Made by a program: the position numbers and the translations under genes. A stretch of 64,000 nucleotides of DNA from the NCBI GenBank assembly GCA_965153455.1, contig OZ234493.1:16978213-17042212 (forward strand). The letters are read 5' to 3'. Position 1 is the first letter of the stretch. Each line of letters starts with the position of its first letter. This document shows positions 41,419 to 51,805 of the stretch, one piece after another. The notes below the pieces were generated by a model. That model was not told the DNA's origin, made no database searches, and saw only the letters and a list, made by a program, of their open reading frames with translations. Origin of the DNA: Sphagnum compactum. Taxonomy: Eukaryota.

Positions 41419-42325
41419 TCATCGAAATGCTGACCAAATTCTCTTGAGCACAATTAAGTTGTCGGGAGTGAATAAAAATTCCCCTCCAGGAATGTTTTCA
41501 GGCAGAAAGCTTCTGTGCTTGAATCTCAAGCGAAGGACCATCATATTGAACATTAGCGTTCAACGTCAGAGACTGCATCATTCCTGGAATGCGACTGTAG
41601 TTATTAGTGGACCGATTTGGTCGTGTCCTAGGAACTTCCTTCCATCGCTCTACCGAAATTTGCCGGTCTTTCCGGTCGATGCTCAACAGGATCACTATGC
41701 GAGTTTTCCCATCACTGTTGGTGATCCAAAAGGCAGCATCTCTACGCAACATAGCAAGTGACTCTGACACACCAACTTCAATCACAAAACTTGGCCATTC
41801 GTCTTCCATGTCACGAGAACAGGGTTTGTAACAGGGTTTGTAACCAATATCTGCTTCCTTTGATCTACCTCCAGGGCATCCAAATCTATCAGATCTAGTT
41901 GCTACAATTGACGTACGAAAGCCTAGAAGCACCAACTTCATATCGAACATTAAGGTAAATTCATGTGCTACACCTTCATGCATCACATCAACCATAAGTT
42001 TGACGATCTGGTCATTTGAAGTAGCCAACCTCGTCTCGTCTCACCTCGTCTCACGGATCCTATCACTCTCATCAAAACTCTCTTGACTCACATTTGTGAA
42101 TGCCAAGTATTGAGGTGTTTGTGTTCTCTCAACCAGACTCTTGAGGCGTGCCAAGCAAATTCTCTTGAAAGCAACTAAGTTTGCGAAAGGAGTGCGAGAA
42201 ATGTTAGGATATCCCATAAGCACTTCTTCCGAATCCGCATCCACCGAAGTTGGACTCAGATCCTTCAAAGTTGGACAAGATGACACAAACTCAACATCAT
42301 TCTCCCCGCCATGGTATAATGCCAT
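41419..42325 (-). pseudogene. Fungal-type PD-(D/E)xK / Uma2-like nuclease gene with two frame disruptions
   Basis: MALYHGG...QYLAFTNVSQESF (in ORF 42041-42427), then IVKLMVDVMHE...SKEADIGYKP...WPSFVIEVGVSESLAMLRRDAAFWITNSDGKTRIVILLSI (ORF 41498-42028), then a shifted tail LPENIPGGEFLFTP..RIWSAFR*. The HE / KEAD / IEVGVSES pattern is a restriction-endonuclease-fold signature. Coding region is intronless. Putative 5'UTR intron at 42342-42485. Confidence 0.7.
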
Positions 42326-44203
42326 CTTGAAGATGCTGCCCCTGAACCAGCACACACTATATTTCGATACTTGAAAACAAACATTCAATCCAAAAAACAA
42401 TTGCATCAAGTCAATCTCAAAACACAAGAAAATTGACAGAGAGAAACTATATTCAGTTCTCTAAAACTCCCAGAACATGACTTACCTAGGCTATCACTTC
42501 CACAAGAAATAACTTCCACGACTGCCAAAGGAGAGAGCTTGGATCCTGAAATGACTGCAGAGATCGAAAAGCCACAGTTCCGCAAAGTAGTGCTTCACAT
42601 CCAAAAAAATGAGAACTCCATTGAAAGGAATTGCAGACTTTATTACCCCAGAGAAATTTTACAATGCAGCAGTTGAGAAACAAATGCGCAGGTGGAAACG
42701 AACGCGAGAACATGCACGACGTCCATTCATTTGAGCACGCCAATCTGTGTAGAGTGCTCGACGTTGCGAGACGACTGGAAATGATTTCGCGTTTCGCTCG
42801 TTCATCGAGATATTTTGCCCTCTGAAATCGCCAGGTGGCGCCAAGAGCGAACCGAATGAAACGGTGACAGAGCAAAGACAACACAGGCTTGCCCACGGAA
42901 AACGTTGAGCGTCGTTCAGCTGTTGTCAATATCATCAAGAGCCGATTGATGTTGAGATTTTCTCTCTCCTTCGTTTTGTTTTGTTTTTCTACCAGGCAAT
43001 CGAATACATATTGGTGAAGAGTTGTTTGAAGTTGTTTGTTTTGCTTTTTTTCTGTTGTATCGATGCTACAAGTGTTACCTTTTGAGGATCACTTCAGTAC
43101 TTTTTCTACGTATGCTGCGTTTAGGGTCAAGCTTGCTGCGAAGGACGACATGGCGTGTTGCTCGGAACTGCTTTCTTTGCCGTATTTTCTTCGATTTGCT
43201 TGAAACAATGCACCAACATTGAACGAGCTCAGGCGTCTCGTAGCTTTGTTGCTGGACTGGTCACGTTAAGGTGCGGTATCACAACATAGATACCGGGAAC
43301 AACGCCTTAGTAGAGATGGAGAAATCTGCCTGAAGCTGCCTTAGGCTCAATAGCTGTACCTGGAAAGAGCTTTTGGAGTCGAGACGGAGCTTTAAAATCT
43401 TCTCTTCGAATTTGATGTGTTGAGCTTTGTCTCTCGCGTGAGGATGCAACACTGACAATCTTTTCGGAGCAAGAATCTTTCACCGCTTGCTGCGTCTGAG
43501 GCAATCGAAGCAATAAGAACGGCCTGCTTCGTTTCTTCACTTTTTAAAGAGGTTTTGCACAAACTCTTTTCTTATCTTCATGAGTCGTACGCCATATGCT
43601 GTGTGTAGACTCGGGCTCTCAAGAACCTGTAGTTGTCTTACACTTCGAACTACATATGCCTACTTTTGCCACATCAATGCCTTCCTTGCTTTTCGTTTGA
43701 AGAGCAAGACTTGCCATGTTTTGTGTAGGTTAGGCTGTTCTGAAATCTTAGACCTCTGCACTGGTGTAGGGTTCTAAGGTGAAGCGCGTATTAGTCTTGC
43801 AAGACTGTTAGATATGCTGCGGCTGCAAAGTTGTACTATAATTCTTGATGATGACCTACAGGTCTCTTGCATTCTACATTGCCTTACAGAGTTAATATTC
43901 ATCTCCAAGAAGGTTGGTCTGACAGAGATGTGGAGAACCATCAAAGGAACTGTGAATTTTTGTATGCAAGATTGCTTTGATCCATGTTTTGATGTTGTTG
44001 AATTGCTTTTGTAGAACAAGGCTTTGCTTTATACTCCATTTTTTGTATGGTCGTGTTTCTAGCCAAGAGGTGTAAGAGAATGCTGGTTACACATCCTGTC
44101 AAAATATCCTGCAGCGCATTCTGCAGCATCAGTGTCTTTTGTGTCTTTTGTGTCTTTTGGCTGTCTGAGTTTTTCCAAGGCTGGAATCTCAATTGATCAC
44201 CAG

Positions 44204-46339
44204 GCATCTCTTCTTTGACTATGATAAAGAGATTCTATCACATAGTTTGTTCTGCAGTCCCTTCTGCACTGATAAGTTGCACAGAGAGGACTTTGTCGAC
44301 CTTATCAACTGTGGCCAGACAGTGAGTACTAGCTATTTCAACATACTGTCATCCTCTTCCTCCTTTGTCTTGCAACCAGGGCAGTATGGAGCAGACAGCT
44401 GGCCCACTTCCCACTGATGATGTCTCTCATGTTGTGTACCTTGGAGAGGAAGCAGCACCTCTTTTTCCTCTGGCTGAACATTGTGAACTTCCAAGCATTT
44501 CTGCAGATGTTGTGAGTGCAATTCTTCTCCAACTTTCTAAGTCTATCCATATTTGCCAATGACAACCTTATGTCAATGTTTGTCAAACCAGTGAACAACA
44601 ATAGCTGAGAGAATACAATGACCTGTATCAAGGGGACATAACATTTAAGCACTGGAAGTTCTTTGCTGTACTTCCATAATTTCATTCTAGCATGTTGAGT
44701 GCCTGGCATTGGCAGTTTTGAGAAGCAGGAACTTGTCAGGGGTCACAAATTTTATTTTCCTGCTCTGTTGAAATGACTTCTTAAGATATTGTAAATCACA
44801 TCTGTTCTAGAGCCTCAGCATGCAACAAGAATGTTGAATGTGATGGTGTCTGGATATTGAACTTCTTGATGAAAGCATCAGCTAACACTTTCTTTTCAAG
44901 TCTTACTGCAGTTGAAGTCAATCTTAACTGAAGAGCAAGGGTATTCAGCTCAATCAGTTGTGATAGTAGATTCACGCCATCATTTTGAATATGAAGGTGG
45001 CCACATCAAGGTACACCATTCATGGATTACAGCTGCCTCAGTTTCATTTTCCAGAAACTAATGAAAATTTTCTATGACCCAGTTGGTGATTACAATGTTT
45101 CACCTCTTCGATTCATGGATTGGTTACAATTGATGATTGTCCTCATGTACCCTGTCTTGTCAGGGTGCGGTTAATCTTAGAGACCCCAGTGCTATTGAGG
45201 AATTCTACTCTAGGAATATCAATGTTGGGAAGCAGATTGCAATTGTCTTCCACTGTGAGTTCTCTTCCTCAAGGGCACCAAAGCTGTAAGTACACAAACA
45301 TCTTAAACCTTGGCTTCTTACCTATGAATTGTTATACATACCTTCAGTGTTAAGGTGATTAATTGTTGACATAGATATATATATTTCTGATAGTTCTTGG
45401 TAGTGATGATTTTTCTGGTATGTTTGCTTAGGGGTTTTAGCAACATATATCACTCCTAATTGGAGACAGTATATAACCTGTGTGCTCCAGCACACTTGAG
45501 AACTCTCCTGAAAAGTTCCATGTTGCCAAGCTCATAGACTTGGTCTCCACATATTTGGTTTAGTTCATTGCAAGCTGTTTGTATGTAGAAGCTGGGTTGT
45601 GCTTTGTGAGTTGCATGTAGACTTTACACTTGTATTTCTCATATTTTCATTTGCAGTTTCAAGCACATGCGCAACTTGGACAGGCTGGCACATATGGAAA
45701 CCTATCCAGAGTTGGCATTCCCAAACATGTTTCTTCTGAAAGGGGGGTACAAGGCCTTCTTTGAGCTTTATTCGGTGAGCCACTTGCAAATTCTCTGCAC
45801 AAATCTCACACCCTGATCTGTCATGGTACAGTTATTCTGCCTGCAGCAATTTTGCTTGAATTGGTAGTCTCTTCTGATACACAACTCTAGAGATCGAGAG
45901 ACTGAGAGAGAGAGAGAGAATACACCAGGTTGGGACATTATTTTCAGATCTTTCAACCTTGAAGCAGTCAAATGGGGCCCTTTCCAACTCATGGTGACCC
46001 ATTTGTACAGACTTATCTTTGAATGTTTTCAGCCTAGCTCACAATTGAGCATTCCAAATATGTGTATCTGTCACACTTATCTTTCTTTACCATGTGCAGG
46101 AACTCTGTGTGCCGAGAGAATATGTAAAGATGTCTGATCCAAAATTTGTGGACCATCTTCGTGTTTCATCCAGTTCCTTGAAGAGGAGTTGGATCCAACG
46201 GTCAAAAGATTTCATTGATTCTCACTGTGGAGATCGTGATGAACCTCTTATTGATGTCTCAAGTGTACATCAGAAAGAAAAAGTAAATACTACATGCAAA
46301 TGCCCCATCTCTTTACGATTTAATCAACAAGTGCTCTAG
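44204..46339 (+). CDS. CDC25: Cdc25-type M-phase inducer phosphatase (rhodanese fold); spliced, 5' end unresolved
   Basis: In-frame GT-AG exons 44204-44321, 44380-44511, 44912-45010, 45164-45285, 45657-45774 and 46100-46339. They give ...LPSISADV|LKSIL..VVIVDSRHHFEYEGGHIK|GAVNL..IAIVFHCEFSSSRAPKL|FKHMRNLDR..YPELAFPNMFLLKGGYKAFF..|ELCVPREYVKMSDP. No internal stops. Confidence 0.9.
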
Positions 46340-46580
46340 GGATGCCACTAAATGTAGAGCTGAGGGTTGATCTTTTGACTCTCAATATTCTGCAGCCCTT
46401 GCTGAACTTGATCCAGACAACCTGGATCCAAGAACCTGGACAAAGGACAGTGTCCCCTGTTTCGTTACTTCCCACAAGGAGCTATGTGGCAGGTTCTTAG
46501 ATCATGTCAGTTAGAGTGCAGATGCAAAACCTGAAGGACTTCGTTGTCTACTTGTTGCACTTGACATCCAGGATTGTCCA

Positions 46581-46714
46581 CCACTCAAGTATTTTCCGTG
46601 AGTTGATTGTTGTGTGCATGTTTGGTTGCAACATGAATTCCATGGACTTCCCACTCAAGTATTTTCAGTGAGTTGATTGTTGTGTGCATGTTTGGTTGCA
46701 ACATGAATTCCATG
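46581..46714. repeat. ~70-bp near-perfect direct duplication downstream of the Cdc25 stop
   Basis: CCACTCAAGTATTTTC.GTGAGTTGATTGTTGTGTGCATGTTTGGTTGCAACATGAATTCCATG occurs twice in tandem. Confidence 0.9.
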
Positions 46715-48489
46715 TACTTGAGGGGAATGATAGTTGCCAGGGTGAATCACAAGCTTGTTTCAGGTTGAATGAGGATAATGCTAATGACTTTTAAAAATTT
46801 GCTATGCTTCTTGACTGTGAGCCAATTTTCATGGTTGATACCTATATTTGTTTGACTCTGCTCAAATTTTCAACACAAATCAAGACAATTTATGTAAAAT
46901 TAGGACATTAATATGATTGAATCAGCTTTTCAAGAGGTCGAACATGTCATTTGAAGAGACTTAGGCTGTAGGTTTCATACTTATAATCTAACTATATACT
47001 TGGAATGGTGGAGACTGTATGTCAATGTAAGGTTAAAAGAATGCACTAGTGTTAGGGTAAATATGCCCACATCAAACACAGGCTGGTGATCAAGCACCTA
47101 CAATAGGTTATGGCTCCTTATGACCAAATGAACAACATATGAAATTTGTGTTCAGCTTTCTTCAAGGTTCCAACCAATGGTATCATAAATGTGTTTGGTG
47201 AGGGGTGTTTGTTTGGTAATGAATGTGACATATAACAAATGTCAAAAAAAAGTGTTCAGTTATCTAAAAAAGTTGTTTGGTAATGGGTTGGGAGATGTCA
47301 CATTTCAACGGGCAAGGTTGCATGCAAATCCAGGGTATCCCAATACATGGGACTTCAAGTGTTTGACAAAAGGTGCAATGTAGTGCAAATTTTTAAAATT
47401 TAGAGTTCGGTGAGGGTAGGGTTTGGTGATGGGCTCTTACTTGTCACAATCCAATCCACAAAAAAAATAGAAATTTGGAAAAATGTATATGCATGGGGGG
47501 TTTTAAATGATTGTTTAATATTATGATGTAAAGTAGATTCATAAATTTTGAGCTCATTCTGTGAGGACCATGTTTGCTGATGGGAGGCAATTTCTTACAT
47601 TAAAAGGATACAATAGCACTATAAATGCTTTAAAACCTTAATTATCTTTCAATGCACATATAGCCTTGTTGCCTTGGGATGTTAAAACTCAAAATTTATG
47701 CACAACTTAATGGTCTTACCATAAGAATCCTTACACTTTGCATTTCCCACCAAAATAGAAACATCACAATCTCAACTCTAGAATGCCAAGCTCATTCCAA
47801 TTGTTCATCAAGTCATTCATTTCCTTCACACACTCAAAGTGTGTCCAACTCATCAACAAGTGTGCTAGACAAGTTCCAAAATTTCCTAAAGATGTTAGTT
47901 TAAAGCCTAAATATGAAGAGGATAGAATAGATGTGAAAGGAGAAGGCCAATTTGATGATTGCATAATTTTAACAAAGTTTACAAAGAATAGTTTACCAAG
48001 TATGTGTATTATTATTGGATACAACAATTTGTAATTGTCCCACAAGTAGGAAAGAATGTAAAGAAAGTTATCATAGAATGTGCTGCAATTCATAGAAGCT
48101 TAAAAATCACCTACGACCTACACAACAACAATAGATGAGGATTTAGATTAGGAAGATTTTTCAGATTTTTTTATTTCATCTATTTATTAGAATGACAAAA
48201 TGGCATGATGTTTCTTTTTTTAATCTTTTTTTTTTTTCCTTCCCCTAGTATAATTATAGGAAGGACAAGGGCATACCTTTTGTGAGGCCTAGGTGAAAAC
48301 CCCCAACTTGCTTAAGGTTAAGACTAGGAGGACCAAGCTCATAAAATGTTCAATTTGCCTTGTAAGGGAATGAGCCACTTGTTGGATGAGCCAACTATGG
48401 ATAAGGAAAATGTCCCACCTCAACTTACATCACATTCAAAGCAAAAATTCAATAAGAGAAAATAAGATCCTTGTTGCAAATTGAAGACA

Positions 48490-48812
48490 CACATGGACAA
48501 ATGTCTAATTAGAGGCCATGAATGTAATGGAAAGAGGGGTAACATCCATGATGGTGTCCAATAGACATTGGAGCATACCACTAACACCATTTTTTAATCA
48601 TTTGACTTGCAAGATTAAATCCAAGAAAATTATTGGTGCACCAAATGGCAACTATGGTTGCATGGATTTTAAATATGTAGAAATGTGGACTGTTTATATC
48701 ATTGCAATAATTGTTCAAGGTGAAGGCGACAAAATTCATTCATACCATTTCAAGGTGTTGTACTTGGAAATTCTTGGTTCATTGGTTTAAACATAGATAT
48801 CCAAAACTTATA
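48490..48812 (+). pseudogene. pogo/CENP-B-like (Tc1/mariner superfamily) transposase N-terminal HTH relic
   Basis: WTNV*LEAMNVMERGVTSM..SNRHWSIPLT..NHL..KIKSKK (HTH_psq-like), then MVAWILNM*KCGLFISLQ and PFQGVVLGNSW..WFKHRYPKL (Tc5/CENP-B HTH-like). Confidence 0.6.
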
Positions 48813-49383
48813 ATTCATATTATAAAGTGCTTCATAATTTGCAAAAAAAAAAAAGGTCTAAACACTTAATCATGCAAGTTATTTTACCATTTAACTTTCA
48901 AACACTCTACATTCACACAATCACATTATAAATCATGTTTTGAATTTTGATGAGATAAGAATTCAAGCAAATAAACAAGGTGCTTGTGTTTTAATTAAAC
49001 ATGGTTCATTGCAAGTATATAACACCATACTTAAGTTTAGGGAATGGTTGATGGTAAATTGTGTTATAATGCAAGTGGGGGGTTTTTTTAAGGTTTTACA
49101 TATTTAGGGATGAAGGAGTCAAAAATGGTTACATTGAAAACTACAAATTAGGATCATGCATGATGATGCAAACAAATGCATGGATGATGTTCTTTCTTCA
49201 AGAAATTCCTATCATTCCTTAAAAGGTCATTTAAAAATCTAATCACCACCTATTAATTCTAGATGGGCATGGTTAATGCATATAATTTTGGAAGTGATAT
49301 GATAAGTATATATGACAATAGTTTGGGTTGGACATGATCACAATACCTTTACACATTTCCCATGCCTTATAACCCTTAGTTGT

Positions 49384-50251
49384 TGTCGCAACCCTAGCCT
49401 TGGGCTCGCGACCAAGGCAAAGGCTTGCAAGGTTGCGGGCCAAGAGAGAAGCCCGGGAGTCACACCGCATGCTCTTGGGAGTGTACGAGAGTGTGAGGGA
49501 ATGAACCTTCACACTCCCAAGGGAGTTTCCACTTTGGGAGTTGGAGTCCCAGTGGACTTCTGAATTTTCATAGGGCGATTGAAAGAGTCAAAAATGGAAA
49601 GCTTTTGAAACGTAGATGTCTAAAATGGGCTCGCATGACCCATTTGGACAATTGAAACACAAGTTATGGCCAAAAGAAGGGTCGGGAATCAAATTGGCAA
49701 TTTGACTCTCAACCATTAAAAGTCGGGCATCGACCCGATTTCCTCGCGTACAAATGGCGTGTGACATACCGTTGGAAAGCCCTCGACAAGGGCTACAAAT
49801 TTTTTTGAGACCTCATCTCAATCGAAGGCTTACACGCAAAGTTATGGGGCCCCAAAGTTGCGAGAGTCCCAACTTTGGCAAATGGAAGCCCTGGGACAAA
49901 ATGCCATTTGAATGTGGGCCTCGTGGAGAAGCACAAAGTATACTATAAGGGGGAAGGTAGTGGCTGCCCCAAGTCCGGGCCGTGGTGAGTCTTGTGAGTC
50001 TGAGTTTGCTCGTGGCTCGTCCTAACACCAAAAGTGCTCTGACTATGCACTAATCACCTTGTGTTTGGTTTTGTGCAGATTTGTGTGAGTAGTTGATGCT
50101 TGTCACTCTTCTTAGTCCCATTCCAGAGCTCTAGCACGCCCCTTTACCCCCAAAGTGCTACGAGCCACGGAGCGTGCCCCGACTCCTTACTCTTCCTTGT
50201 TTTCAGTTTAGACTCACATTTGAGTCTATTAAAGAGCTTGGGGGTGTGTCA
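49384..50251 (+). mobile_element. Solo LTR (Gypsy family) with perfect TSD
   Basis: TGTCGCAACCC...GTGTGTCA termini, flanked by GTTGT at 49379-49383 and 50252-50256. Confidence 0.95.
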
Positions 50252-51444
50252 GTTGTGGCTTGTTTCAAACCCTAGAAAATAACCTTTAGGGAATAAAAAT
50301 AACATTGTGACTAAAAAATAATTGTAGTGAATATAATAAGAATACATTCACAAGTTAGGTAAATAAGGTTTTAGGTCATCATTGTTCACACAAAACATCA
50401 AACCTAAGTTTAGTGTTACAAAAATCTAGCCACTTAATTTTAGGGCAATAGATGACAAGATAAAACCCAATGAAATACACACAACAATAACAAACATTTT
50501 AAATGAAAACAATTCAATTAGAATGAAACAACTAATGCCCATCAACAATGGGGGGAATATGGTGTTGCCATGGTGAACATAACATCTGCATTACAAATTA
50601 TAAAAACAAGGGATGATGTTAATGAACCTAATCATCAATGGCTCAACAACTAAGATATTATGTGGAGATGCTAAAGAGCCCTCTTATCATTGAAGAAATA
50701 AGGTTAGAAGAAAACATGTCCATGAATGGAAGAAAACCTATTTGGGTTTACTTAGCAATTGAAGTATGAAGTTCAAATTTCTACAAATGAATCCCCATAA
50801 TCTTTGCATCTTGTAAACTTGTTGTCGTTTCTACATCTTTTTGTTAAGAAAACAAGGGAGAAAAAATAGTTAATAGATTATAACTAATCATATGTTGTAA
50901 CCTCTAATGAATATTTGAATATTTTGCAACAAAAAGCTATGGACAAAAAAATAGTAAAGGAAATTCAAAAACACAAATGAAAAAAAAGAAAAGAGAAGAA
51001 GATTAGGTGAATGATTACTTCATTGACTATTGTTGAACAAATAATTCAAAGGTTGGTTGACAAACATGCAATTGTTAAGGACATGAAGATTCACAAGAAC
51101 AAAGGTTAAAGGAAAGGACTAAGTCTAACTTTCAAACAAAAAATAAGACAAGATTATGCGATTCAAAAACAATAACACAAAATTAAGAATAAAACATGAA
51201 ATGTGCAAAACAAACGTGAAAACAAATCTTTATTATCCTAACATATGCAAACATGAACATGAAAAGAACATGACAAGGTTATGGTGCAAGATCATGCTTA
51301 AAATTAATGTTGAACATATTGAAGAAAATGAAGGGTCCTATTTTTATTTATACCCCTTTGAGGACCTAGCTTAAGGAAGCTTCTAAGGAGGCTTTTATGT
51401 GTGCATTAAATAATAAATTTCTTGAGAACTTTCCAAATTAAGAA

Positions 51445-51805
51445 TCAATTATAGTTAACTAATACTTAATTGAAAGTTAATTAAAATTTAATTAAAAGTC
51501 AACTGGGAGTTAACTAGAATTAATTAGGATTTAATTAGGATTTAATTAAGAATTAATTAAGAGTTAACTAGGATTTAATTAAAAATTAATTATGATTTAA
51601 TTGAAATTTAACTAAAAGTTAATTTGGTTAATTAGGACTTAATTCAAAGTTGATTGGAAGTTAATTTGGACTTAATTATAACTTAATTAAAACTTAACTA
51701 AAGTGAGATAAAAATCAATTAGAAATGAATTATGAATTAAGTGGAAGTGAATTAAAACTTAATTGAAAGTTAATTAAAAATGAATTGAAATTAAACTAAA
51801 AATTA
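51445..51805. repeat. AT-rich ~11-bp minisatellite (TTAATTAGGAT-like)
   Basis: About 30 degenerate tandem units with a TTAATT/TTAACT core. Confidence 0.8.
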
